Positions 13,434-25,379 of a stretch of DNA of 64,000 nucleotides are shown one piece after another; the stretch's first letter is position 1, and every line of letters starts with the position of its first letter. The notes beneath the pieces were generated by a model. The model was not told the DNA's origin. It was given only the letters and a program-made list of their open reading frames with translations, and searched no databases. The translations under genes and the position numbers were made by a program. This DNA is from Callorhinchus milii (lineage: Eukaryota), in contig NW_024704756.1 of the NCBI RefSeq assembly GCF_018977255.1, positions 13,702,001-13,766,000 of the forward strand, read 5' to 3'.

Positions 13434-14444
13434 TCAGTATCTGTGATTAGCTTTGGGCTCGTATCTATTGCTATCATAAAGGCCGTGATCATCAACATAG
13501 CGCTGGGGGAAATACATCTGTCTTCCGTTCGATCCTGTTTTGTAACGGTAGTGATTGTACCCAAATACCATCTGTTGATAATCAAGATCTTGCCAAAAAT
13601 AATCGTCACAGAAATCACGCTGGACATCAAACTCTTTTTTATAAGAGCTATAATTCCCTGGATGTTGATTTTTCGTGGGTTGGGGCTGAGTGAACCTGTT
13701 TGATTTCATATCTCTGATATCATCCTTCAGATCACATTGGCGCTTACCAGGTTTGTCTTTGGGATGAATATTTTTCTCCTTCTTTCTTCCTTTCTTTCGG
13801 TGTTTCACCTTGCTGATGGACATTTTAGATTTATTATAGTGTGGATCATCCAAAACCAAGTCCTGATTCACATTCTTCTCTGACCCTTCAGGGATCCACA
13901 AGTAATCCTTCTGATGCCCAACACTCTCCTGAGGACAATTGTTAAATTCCTGTCTATATTTCCTTTTGTTTTCCTCCCAAAAGTGACTTGCTTCACTCGT
14001 GGACTTGCCTGGGGTTGGTTTGATGTCACGGCTAGATTTTCTAAATTTTTTGATGGTCGGGGGTTTCCAGGCCTCTTGTTGACAATAATCAGATCCGCAG
14101 TCACCATTGCTCAACTCACAAGAGTCACCTTGTCGAGTTCTCTTTACTCTTTTGCTCAATCGTTTCAGTGGCTGTTGTGACTGTTGTGTGTCCTCCTTTG
14201 TGAAGCCAACTGGTTCAAGCTTGGCTACTTTGCACTGGGCTTTAGGCTGAGTTCTGGGACATTTGCTCCTAACCCTAGTCCGAGTCTTGCCCACCTGATC
14301 AGGCTGTCCAGGGTCATTTCCAGAGCTTTTATTTGAAGCCTCACAGCGGCCACTGGCCTTTACCCAGCCTGGGTTGGATGCTTTGCTGGGCGACACCCAC
14401 CCTGCTTTAGCGCTGGAGATGGGAATCCCAGGATCAGTACTCAA
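13434..14444 (-). CDS. AKAP17B: AKAP17B last exon, distal part (336-codon ORF, reachable only through a frameshift at ~14441-14457)
   Basis: Long K/R/S-rich low-complexity ORF overlapping the preceding ORF in the -1 frame, with no intervening splice sites seen. Confidence 0.65.
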   Translation of the reverse strand: MSTDPGIPISSAKAGWVSPSKASNPGWVKASGRCEASNKSSGNDPGQPDQVGKTRTRVRSKCPRTQPKAQCKVAKLEPVGFTKEDTQQSQQPLKRLSKRVKRTRQGDSCELSNGDCGSDYCQQEAWKPPTIKKFRKSSRDIKPTPGKSTSEASHFWEENKRKYRQEFNNCPQESVGHQKDYLWIPEGSEKNVNQDLVLDDPHYNKSKMSISKVKHRKKGRKKEKNIHPKDKPGKRQCDLKDDIRDMKSNRFTQPQPTKNQHPGNYSSYKKEFDVQRDFCDDYFWQDLDYQQMVFGYNHYRYKTGSNGRQMYFPQRYVDDHGLYDSNRYEPKANHRY

Positions 14445-15418
14445 GTGCTGGATTGGTCATGAACAGGGACAGCACAACTTTTCTTTGAGTTTCTGGTTCC
14501 ACCTTTAAACTGGAGCTCGTATTCACCCTCAGATTCTGGTCTATATTTGAGCTGGCTGCATGAATCCTTCCATGGCAGGTGGAACTCTCGTTCATAACCA
14601 TTGATTGGGTGCTTCTCCTCAGTGCTACATGCTCTCCTCTTAGCCCCAGTCTCACTGACAGTAATTGTCCATCTGTAGCCCCTACCATTGTCGTAGTCTT
14701 TCAATTTGTTACCTTCGGTGATATTGAATTTAGTATAAAGATGGTCAGGATTGTTCTTTAGGTCTATCTGGAAGCTGTTTCCATTGTTTGACACTATCCT
14801 CCGCCACTCTGAGTTTTCGCCAAGATTATTGAGGCTATGGAAACGATTTGCACGTTTGGAGTCCAAGGGCCAAATAGTCTGACGGTAATTTAGCAAACAA
14901 CTGACAAAATCCTCGTACTTGTAAAGGTGGTGGCGAATCTGGTGATTTACAGCAGTAACCTTTCGGGAATGTCCCTGACACGAACAATTGTGCCTGTCAC
15001 CATCACCATCCTGTCGCTTGTGAACAAATGCAGCACAATCCTGCCTCACAGTAATCTGTAAGGATTCAGATCGGCGATAACTTGCAGCCTTTTCCTGGTT
15101 AGGGGGCAAATCTACAAAGGTGTGTCTTCCTTCACTATCAGCAGGCATTACGTTTGACAGGGAAGTAGTGAGTGGAAATTGAGCAGTTCCTGGAGATAAT
15201 GAATGCTCCATTGTTTCAATCATTCCCCTGGGTTTCCCCACATTAGTATCTCTCAGCACCCCAACCCATTGCCATTCTTTGACCTTGGGTTTTCCCGATC
15301 CACTCACTCCTGCTTCATTTTGTCTAACTTCTTCCAATTGGCCAAGTTTTCTTTCCATCCGGGGACACTTTTCAGAAAACCGATTCTTCTGAAACTCAGT
15401 TTCCTTTTGAACCAGGCA
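14441..15418 (-). CDS. AKAP17B: AKAP17B last exon, proximal part
   Basis: Acceptor ttcccatttctttccgctgtttattcttag|TGC CTG GTT, phase 0, in frame with the 305-aa ORF 14441-15358. Confidence 0.8.
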   Translation of the reverse strand, partial: CLVQKETEFQKNRFSEKCPRMERKLGQLEEVRQNEAGVSGSGKPKVKEWQWVGVLRDTNVGKPRGMIETMEHSLSPGTAQFPLTTSLSNVMPADSEGRHTFVDLPPNQEKAASYRRSESLQITVRQDCAAFVHKRQDGDGDRHNCSCQGHSRKVTAVNHQIRHHLYKYEDFVSCLLNYRQTIWPLDSKRANRFHSLNNLGENSEWRRIVSNNGNSFQIDLKNNPDHLYTKFNITEGNKLKDYDNGRGYRWTITVSETGAKRRACSTEEKHPINGYEREFHLPWKDSCSQLKYRPESEGEYELQFKGGTRNSKKSCAVPVHDQSST

Positions 15419-16983
15419 CTAAGAATAAACAGCGGAAAGAAATGGGAATGAATTAGACAGCCTGAACTGGAGGAAGGGAACAAGGGCACAATGGATCGAA
15501 TGTTCTCATTCTGTTATATAACGGAGTTCAGTTATCTGCTGTTCATGCTGCTGTGCGATTGGAATCAGAATATATGGGACAACCAAGCAGCATAAGAACA
15601 TAAGGATTTGCCCTAAGGTCCATCCAGTTCACCTTCCACAGTCGCTGACATGTCATGAACCAAACTATATATAACTAAGAGCTGCTCAGGTGCATTCCAA
15701 CTGACAGACCAACCAAATTTTATTCTCTTAAGGGGATTTCTGGGCGTGGGGGGGGGTGGCAGGGGGTTAAGGTATGCTCGTATCTGTTTGCGAATTGATC
15801 TCTTGAATTAACTAACAATTCAATCAGTAATTAAAGCGTGCTGGGACCTTAAACACAACAAATATTTTAGTAAAACTAAATTACAGTTAGTGCTGTAAGT
15901 GACAGATAAAAAGCAACAAAGAAAACAACCAATCCAATGGTAGATTGAGAATATTACAAGATCCTCTCCCTGTCATGAGACCGTTTAAGTGCCTATTTCT
16001 CTTACCCTTGCCTTCCCACATCCTCCTTTTAGTTCACAACCACCTATCTCTGGGAATCATTTCTTGGCTACAAGCAAAGGCAGATAGGTCAGATGTTCCT
16101 CCTTAATGACACTTCACAGCTCAGCTGTGAGATTGCAAGGCGGAGAGAGCCAGATAGCCTTGCATCCACAAGGGGAATGTTGCCATCTGGTGCCCTCACT
16201 GGGAACTGATGAAGTGAATCAAATCTGCTTGGTCATATTGAAATAATGGCACCCGACAAACATGTAATTAAGTAGTGATCAGATAACAATTGTTCCTGAT
16301 CCCACCAATACTGAACACCTACCCTGTCTTGCATTGAGAAGTGTCCCAGTCATATTACCCACCCGGTGTTTTTTTTCCCACTTGAACATGTTGAAGGTCT
16401 CATAACCAACTAGTTAGTAACTATATTGGGGCTGGAGGGGATCAGAGTCTCCTCAGGTTGGGTTGACTTACGTGATGGGCAATGGAATATCTGAATTGAT
16501 TTTCTGTGGAGAAGCAGACAGTATTCCAAGACAAGACAGTGTTGGCAATGGCAAGCTCTGCTGTTTTAGCTGGTTAGACTCCAATAATTACTCAGTTTTA
16601 GTGAACTGCAGACTGATTATGTTTAGGAGCTGTGCTCTTTTGTTGTAGTCTTGAACCCAATTGATGTGCCAACGCCACCGCCCTTCGGAAATCACACAAA
16701 CGTTTAAAACATATAATCATTTAAAAGTAAAAATTACAAAATGACTCCCCTCCCCCCAACAGAAAACATGTTCTGAAGTCACTGTGTTCTACAGTATTCA
16801 TTAGCTTCAACAAGTTTTATTGATAGCAAATATATTCCTACAGAAAAGTAATGCTTCATGTAACATTTTAGTAAGCTGTGGTTGTCGCACTGAAATAAAA
16901 TAACACTGACATAAAATAACCATCTACAAACAAATTGGAGTGTTAACACTTTTGGGTGAAAAGCATCATGAGACTGTACTTAC

Positions 16984-17220
16984 TTCTGCCCTGTTCAGCA
17001 GCACTGTGAGCAGCTTGTATGATTCCAGCTTCCTCTCTGCTAACACCAGTTTCCTTACTTCCACGCGTTATCATCATTGGGCTCCTTTTCTGTTTCCATT
17101 TGCGCCATCCACAACGTCTGTAAGTGAAGTCTTTCCTCTCGCTCTCTCTGCCTCAGTTCTTTTCTCCTCAGCTTCTCTCTCTGTCCCTTCTCTCTTTCCC
17201 GTTCCTCATCCCTGCGTTTT
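16984..17220 (-). CDS. AKAP17B: AKAP17B coding exon 3 (coiled coil; contains a 1-nt frameshift near 17060)
   Basis: ctctag| RKRRDEERERE...DDNAW, then in the shifted frame EVRKLVLAERKLESYKLLTVLLNRAE |GTAAGT, resembling AKAP17A RKLLLAQRNLQSIRLIAELLSRAK. Confidence 0.85.
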
Positions 17221-18326
17221 CTAGAGGAACAGTTCAAAATATTGGTGTGAAATCATATACACTCTAACCAGCTGGCTCAGGCTGGCTGTTTCTTTCTGAC
17301 AGTACATTACATTTCATTCAATTCATTTTGCTAAAATTCACCAAAAGATGGCTTTTTTTAAATAAAAGTCAGATAGAAATTTTAGTATAGATTCCCCCTT
17401 TTTTTTCTTTGAAAAATATGCTGAAGTATTTTCCTATCATTCATATTTAGTACTTTGAAAATTCAAATGCATGACACAATCACTATTTAGGGTGTTAAAA
17501 CTGATCAGGCTCAATCCCTGGGATTATGGTGCATTACCTGATACCAGGTAGGGCATTGAAACTGGCTTCTGTGCATCTGGACTGGGAAGAGGCGGAAATT
17601 TTTCAGACAGAATTCCCATTCCCAAATAATCATTACTGAAAAATACATGTTGGACGGGAAGTAACGCAGATGTGATGGTCCTTGTGGTTAACATAGACTG
17701 TCGATACTCTTAGATTAGGCTCACATTTGAAGAATGGCCATTTGAATGAGAACTGCAGAGAATCACCTTCAAAATTAAGATTAACATTTTCTACAATTCT
17801 ACACTGTGAAATTTCAAGGCAATGAAATCTGCAGGCAGAATGTCTGCTACACCTAAATTGGTTGATCAACAAGTTCCTTCCATTTGCTGACGTGCAGACA
17901 ATTTTCTGTTGACAAATCTGAATTATTTTTTAGAGAATTTGAAAGTCGCTGATCAATGCCATAATTTTGTCAACTAAGTATCGAATAAAGTTCCCTCTGT
18001 CACTGTGCAGACAACATGTTCAAAGACCAAGATTAACTTGGCAAACCAGTCAATGACACATTCGCTCGTTGAATAAAGACTTCCAGTGAAAATAGGATCA
18101 GCCTGACATTGGAATCTTTTGAAACATTTCTTCACTTTTAATTGATACCTTGTTCAATCCCACATTGATTACAAGGCAACCAATTCTTCATAGAACATAA
18201 TAATACTTGAATTTGGTATAGCGCCTTACGAGAGGTTTCAAACCGTTTCACATAATATATTGTGAAGTGGATTGACTGTAGTTTGCAGTTCTTTGTAAAC
18301 AGGCTCACAAACAGGCTCTACCTTAC

Positions 18327-18472
18327 CGTTCAGCCTCCTTGGATTGCTCCTCTTCCTCGTCTCTCTGTTTCTGTGCCTCTCGCTGCTTCTCCAGTTCTTG
18401 CAGCTTCAACCTTTCCAAGTCTCGTTTTCGAATGGCTGCTTCACTGAGGTGTTTAGTTGTGTCAAAGGACAC
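18327..18472 (-). CDS. AKAP17B: AKAP17B coding exon 2
   Basis: ctgcag| [32 protein letters not shown]... |GTAAGG. Matches the AKAP17 VSFD.TKHLS motif. Confidence 0.93.
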
Positions 18473-18920
18473 CTGCAGAGATGATACAAGATTGGCCTCG
18501 CAAGCACGATAACATCATCTAAAACCCAACACACCTTACATATTCAGAGACCATTCAAGATCGACTGGAAGGTGGCACTAAAATGTGCTGAAGTCAAATT
18601 GCTAAAGTCCCTGAATACACAAGACACAAAGACAGTGACATTCAGAGATGATTAAGGAAACATGGGACACTCCACAGGGAATGAAAGCTTACAAAAGTGT
18701 TCCTTTCCTCAGGCTAGTTAGGTCTTTTTTTGTTTTTGTGTTCCATTCTATAGTCTGTCTATAAATTTGTCGTGTAGAATCCTAGAACGTCATTCTAATC
18801 AATAATTCAAGTTACAAATATCTATTCTATTTAGACAGTGTTAGCATGAGTGAGTGGATACTCACAAAGAGGGAATCGGGTGCAAGGCATTTGAAAATTA
18901 CATGCATTTCCAAATCATAC

Positions 18921-19679
18921 CTTGATCATACATGTCAGTGCTTTTCCATCCTCCCCTTTGTTCATTAATTTCATTCCACGTAAACACTCCATAGCCTTCA
19001 GAAAGCCCTCACATTCCTGGTACTGGATAAAGGCTTCAAAGGTAGGGAGCCCACCAAAGCTAAATGTGCTGAACTTCTTTCCTGTCATTTCCTCTCTGTA
19101 GGGATCCAGCATAGGAATGTCAACGCTTCGAATTTCTCCAAATGTCCCAAACACTTTTCGGAGGATTTCTTCCCTCGGCTTTTCGCCATTCATCTCTTTT
19201 GCAGCAAACCACTTGCAAGGCAGTCCTTCGATCTGAATAGTATCAGCCCTTTCACCAGGAGACGTTTCGGTCATGCTTTCAGTGTTCTTAAAGAAAGACT
19301 CCCAGTCACACTGGCTGGGAAAGGCGACTTGAGTTTCAACTGCAATTACTCTCAAGGGATCTTGGATACCATTTACTCTGAGGGTCCTGCTGTTAAACTT
19401 TTCCCGCACGCCGTTTACCAAGTTCTTGTTCTCAACTTCGCCTTCAAAGCGGATAAAGTCCAATGTGCTCCTTGAGACTCGGAGTGACATGATCTGATCG
19501 GGGCAGACCATTTTCCTCAGACTCTCCATCACTTCCCAGTTTGAGATGGGTTTTGGGCACAGTTTGGAGTCCGGGAGCATGACATTAATTGTAAGTCTTG
19601 CAATTGGTTTTAAGAACAGGCGCTGTGGGGCAAAGAGCACCACTGTATCCGAAGTGTCGAACACTCTTGCGGCTGCCAT
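18921..19679 (-). CDS. AKAP17B: A-kinase anchor protein 17B, first coding exon (RRM-containing conserved N-terminus)
   Basis: MAAARVFDTSD...LFLKPIARLTINVMLP...KPISNWEVME...GLPCKWFA...VDIPMLDPYREEM...FEAFIQY. Acceptor at 19695, donor AAG|GTATGA. Position between PGRMC1 and SLC25A43 indicates the B paralog. Confidence 0.93.
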
Positions 19680-20794
19680 AACCGCAGTTAAGCTCTGGAG
19701 GGGAGAAAGGGGTGAAGCAATAAATTGGAGAAATTAGACTTACAAAACTTTCTATACATGCAAATTACAGTTAGTGCCAGGAACAGCATTGGTGTTCCAG
19801 TGGTAGAGACTACAGACTATTAATAATTTTGTCTGAATCAACGTTTTAAAATTGAATACAAGTCACGTTTAAAAATGTCCAGTTGCTAAAGATGCTGCCC
19901 ACTGTGTATGTCAGGCAGTATATACGTTTTCCTGTAATGGTCCAGCAGTTAAAGGCACCATCTGATACAGCACCAGGGCAGCGAAGGCCACAGGTTTGAT
20001 GCCAGATTTGCAGTGCTGAGGTGTCTTAACCTCAACATCAGATGTTACAATTGGCCTGAGTGCCTCTTGGCTGTAGTGTAGGGCTGGACCTGGGGAGGGG
20101 TGAAATGCCAGTGTTTCCACTCCTGGCAGCTATACTGCGAAATGTACATGTGTAGATGGCATGTGAGGACCAGATTAGGCTTGACTGTGCAATTCCCTTC
20201 CCCAAATCAACCATCTGGTCATCTTTCACTGTCTAGACTCAAACATGAAGGATAAGAATTCGGGCAGAGTACCAGGGACACCTGATACTTGTGGAGTCAC
20301 AATGACCCTCCAAAAATCAGTGCCGGGGATCGAGGGAAATCATTTAAAAAAAAAAAAAATTACTGTAAAGAAAATAAATCAGAAATAAAAACACTGGTTT
20401 GAGAAAATAAATTGGAAAATAGGGTAACTGAAATGCCGTATTATATAATAAAACATCTATTTCCAGGACTGGCAGCTGCTCTGTGCTAATAAAAATCACA
20501 TTTGTTGGCACTGCTTTTCCCCCTGGACATTGCCTTTCTCTCCACTTGCCGATTAACCTGTATTGTAAATGGGTTTCCATTGTCCCAGCTGAGAGGCTTG
20601 AGTTATTCCAATTGCAAAAAGCAGTTCAAAAACTCAACACTCCAGGCAATGGATCCCACCTGGGAACCGCTTTCACAGCAAAACTCACTGCAATCCAGTC
20701 AGCAGCGAGCGATAGAGGTTAAAAGTCACCGTCTTGATGTTGGGGAAAAACATGCAATGATAATGATTTGATTTGCACCATATAATATAGCCTG

Positions 20795-21315
20795 TGCAAT
20801 GTCTTCACCCCCATTCTTGCCCAACTATCACCCCCATCCTTGCCCAACTCCACTGGCTTCCCATCACACAGAGGATACAGTTCAAGATCCTGGTCCTCAC
20901 CTTCAAAGACCCCCACGGTCTTGGTCCTCACCAAAGATCCCCACGGTCTTGCTCCCCCTACCTCTCTGACCTCCTAACCACCCTGTTTGCTCTCTCCACT
21001 CAGCTGGCCCGGCCTGCTTCACGTCCCCCACCTGCTTGCCCCACTATCGGCGGACGGGCCTTCTGCCACTCTGCACCCACCCTCTGGAGCTCCATCCCGC
21101 AGTCCCTCCATCTCGCCCCCTCCCTCGCCACCTTCAAGACCCACTTCAAGTCCCTCCTCTTTGACCATGCTTTCGACGCCTGACTTCCCCCCTGCCCTCC
21201 ACCCTCCCCCACCCCAACCCTCAGCTCGGGTCCATAACTCTGTCTGTCCAGCACCTTGGGACATCCTCCCAACTTGAAAGGCGCCATACAAATGTAATTT
21301 TGTTGTTGTTGTTGT
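20795..21315 (+). mobile_element. L2-clade LINE 3' fragment
   Basis: ORF2 C-terminus ITPILAQLHWLPITQRIQFKILVLTFK...GGRAFCHSAPTLW...FKTHFKSLLF, 3' UTR and (TTG)n tail. Confidence 0.9.
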
Positions 21316-21572
21316 CCTGATAACTGGGCACAGGGTTCTATCTGTGAGAAAACTGGTGAACTTCATTATATTAATAATAATCCTTGCATTTGATATGGCG
21401 CCTTATGACATCTTCGAGAGGTCTTAAAGCATTAAGTGGCTTCAGGAATTTCCTTTGCTACCCACTAATCATCAGCGAAACCCTTAATATTTAGCTAGTT
21501 ACTAATGTTCCTAACTAGTTACTGCCCCATTTACACAGCATTTTCATAGAAACTCAATGCTAAAGATCCAAC

Positions 21573-21915
21573 GAGTCCTGCAGTGGTTAGAGCACTCACC
21601 TCACAAGCGAGAGACCTGGGTTCGATTCCCGACAAGGCAAAACTTTGCGCAAGTTTCCTTGCTCCACAGGCCTGATAATAATCCCTCAAGAAAAAAAAAC
21701 AATAATAATTTGGCCACTCAATCCACGACTGTTTGTGGGACGCTGCTGTGCGCAATTGGCTACTGCGTTTCACCCACAAAGCACTTCATAGAATACACTG
21801 TAAAGTGAATTGACTGGATATTTTGTGGTCGAAACATGGCAGCCAATTGCCAACAGCAATGTCCCACAAGCAGTCATGGATTGAGTGATCAAATTATTAT
21901 TATTTTTGGTATGGA
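21573..21915. mobile_element. tRNA-derived SINE (+, 3'-truncated) abutting an inverted SINE fragment (-)
   Basis: tRNA head GAGTCCTG..AGTGGTTAGAGC..GGTTCGATTCC at 21573-21630. 21701-21780 is the reverse complement of 21822-21901. Confidence 0.8.
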
Positions 21916-23209
21916 TTACTACCCCCAGAAAAGTGATCTATCAATCAACTAACAACTGACTAGCACATTTGCATTTGGTCTTCATATTTTGCCACTGGGA
22001 TGTTGGAGGTTGGGAGGGGGGATTAAATCTGAATTTAACTCTGCAGTGTCCACATATATACACTTAAAAATAAAATAACTAATCCTTGCATTTGATGTAG
22101 CGCCTTATCACGTCATTGAGACATCTCAAACCACTTCACAGGATATACTGTAAAATGCAGTGATTGTGTATTTTGTGGTTCCATCACAAAGCATTGGAAT
22201 GGGAATCCACATTGATTTCTCCCCCTAAAGCAGGGGCACTGAAGAGAATTTTAACATTTCAACTGCTTCCCCAGCTAAAAGGCATCTAACTCACACAGAT
22301 CAAACTTACACATAGAAACGTTACATACTACTTTTCCCAATTTTTATTGACAAGGATCGAACCTCAAAAAAATAGTTGGTACGCAGAGCTCCAAGATTTC
22401 TATTTCTGAACTCCGAGAACGGAAATAAAAAGTTAGCAACTTCTTATCTCCTGCAGTGAAGCAACTTTTCAAAAATCGATGAATATACAATAGGATACAG
22501 AGCAGGAAGTTAGATTTGCTTGTAGCAGTTTTCATATCAATGGACCCCGGATGTAAAGGTAACATCCAAGTGTGAGGTATGGGCTGCTGCAATTGATCTC
22601 AGCAGTGCCGAATCAGGGAAAGGGAAAACCATGGAGTTTCTGCTCCGCATTACTATTCATCGACTACTGCTGAAACCCTAATGGGGTGTGGGATATGCTC
22701 TTCTATCCATTCAGTATTAAATAGCGTGCCTATGTTCAGTATTCAAATTTATACATGAAGAACGACTACATGTGCAAAATAATAATATTATAATACACGT
22801 GCAAAACCATAGAGAAGCTGGTATCCAGTGAACCATAAAGAGTCAGTACAGCATTATTATTTGTCTACACGGTAATCCTTACTTAAAAGTTACATGTCAT
22901 TGCTAAGCTTTGTCACGCCTTCAGCCATGTCTGATCCAGTCTTCTGTAAAAATTCCTTTACAATTATCTGCTCCAAAATTATACGATTGGGATATATTTT
23001 GAGATACCTTAGATCATACATGGTTCAAACGTTCTGGTGGCCTTCCATATCTTTTTTTTGCCCAATTTACATTAGTCCATTTAAATTTTTTTATATAAAT
23101 AATGTCCCACAAATTCAGGGGGCTCACTTACGGATGCTACAAGATCCTCATTGCTAAATGGAATAATAATAAATAATAATAATCCTTGCATTTGATACAG
23201 CACCTTATC

Positions 23210-23640
23210 TGGCTGCCTATCCCTGAGAGGATCAATTTCTAGATCCTCACGCTTGTATTCAAGTCCCTGCACTTCTCTGCACCCCCCTACCTCTCTGACC
23301 TCCTCTCTCCTCAAAACACTACCCATTGCCTTCGTTGCTCCGGGTCTGGCCTCCTCCTCATCCCCCGAGTCCTCCGCTCTACCCTCGGTGGCCGTGCCTT
23401 CAGCCACTATGCCCCGAAGCTCTGGAACTCCCTTGCTCACTCCCTTCGTCTCGCTCCCTCCCTTCCCATTTTCAGGTCTCTGCTGAAGACCTTTCTTTTC
23501 GACCGCGCCTTTGGTCACCTTCCCCCCCCCCCACCCCCATTCCCATCTCCCTGGCTCGGTCCCGGGATCCGATACTGTAAAGCGCTCTGAGACGCCGTCC
23601 GGCGTGGAGGGTGCTATATAAATCCAAGTCGTTGTTGTTG
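23210..23640 (+). mobile_element. L2 LINE 3' fragment nested inside a minus-strand SINE
   Basis: WLP..ERINF.IL-type ORF2 end with a (TTG)n tail. SINE sequence stops at ~23209 and resumes at ~23643. Confidence 0.8.
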
Positions 23641-25379
23641 TCATCACGTCATCGAGACGTCTCAAAGCACAGGATTGTACCGTAAAGTGCGTTTTGTGAT
23701 TGCAACACGCCAGCCAATTGCACACACCCATGTACATTTACAGGATATACAGTACTGTAAAGTGGATTGGCTGTGCATGATGTGGGTGAAATGTGATACC
23801 AACTCAGCAGTCAGCAAATGGAACAGCCTACAAAGACTTCGAATCCATTGAATGATCGTCATTTTCAAATCGCTCTCGTTTTGCAAAATTCCCTTTGCAA
23901 ACTGCACGTAAATCACCAGCAAAGCATCCAAGACAAAGAACTGCACACAGACAGGATCAAATCTGATCTAACCACACAGAACTGCCATAATTATTTAGAT
24001 TTACACATCCACTGCATGTACATTGGTTCAACTTGCCTGAGACTTAAAGCAGGCCTGTTCATTCCATGAAGAAGCATTGCTCTCCGCCTCTATCTCCTTT
24101 TAATCAACATCTAAAAGCGATTCTAAATGTGCAACTCGGGGAAGATCGATTGGTTGACATTGCAGACACCAAAACGACCTCGTACAGCGGAGTTTTTTTT
24201 AAAAAAAAACAGATGAATTTTTAGTAATGCACCGGTTTAAAAGTCAATCACTGTCTGCAGGGCAAACACACTCCAGATTGGGTTCGCTTTTTTTTTTTGT
24301 TTTGTTTTGCAAACGAACCCTATTGAAAAGCAGCCCCTCCACTGCAAATGACGTTGAATGATTCGCTTCTCTCTCCTGCGAAAAAAAATACTCCCCACTT
24401 TTTCGAAGACGATTCATAACATCAAGTGCCACTGGTCAGGAAATCCTGCAACACACTGGGCTTTAAAAGTGAGCGGACTGAGGCTGCGCAGCTGCTTCTC
24501 TTCCTGCCCCCCCCCCCCCCCACCACCCCCCCTTCTTGTGGGGGGGGGGGGGGGACACAGCCCCAGAGTTGCTGCTACATTTACCACATGTCCATTTCTC
24601 GGGCCCTCCCTGCGATTTTGCAGAACCATTAATACAACACATTGAATTTTTTTGCATTTTTTTTTTGGGGGGGGGGTTGGCAAAAAAAAACAACCCCCTC
24701 CCCCCCCACCCCCAAAAAAAAAATCAAACATACCAAGAATGTGGAAATGCTAATCACTGTATCTGCAGAAACCCAGTCTTTTTTTTTCCTCCTCGGGGTG
24801 AGGGGCACTGTTTCTCCAAAGCAACTGTGGGGAAATGAGTGAGGCCACTGATTTTACCACCGACTTCCAACTTGTCGGGTCCGCATTGGGAGCAATATTA
24901 TCAATATTGTGCCCAAGAATAGCCCCACAGTTACCCCCCCCCCCCACCTCCCCCCTGTGATAAGCTTTTGATCTAAAGAGTGAACATTTGCACTTCGCCT
25001 GGAGATCAGGAATTCACTAAGTGTGTGTGAACTCGGCCGCTCTCTCTCTCTCATATTATTGTTATGATTATTAATATTATCTCAGTCAACCAACCGACTC
25101 CCCAGCACCTTTGGCTCTTCAGAAGCTTGGGAGCAGCTAACTACCCTCCCTTCCCCTCCCCCAACCCATCTCGGGGCCTGAGCGGAGGGAGAAATATGTA
25201 TTTACAATAACATTTATTTAAAAAAAACAAACCAAAGGCTATTTTGATACAAACTCAAAACATTAAATGTAACACTTACATTTATTCTATGGGGTTACTT
25301 GTGTCAAACTGTTATACGTGTTGTTAAAACAATGCTAAAGTGTACACAGTACCACACCTGCAATGTTTTGACAGCTTAC

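Noticed and set aside
17053-17058. Alternative donor GAA|GTAAGG that would bypass the AKAP17B premature stop
   Set aside because: It would be phase 2 while the last-exon acceptor is phase 0, and it would delete the conserved RKLVLAERKL segment.
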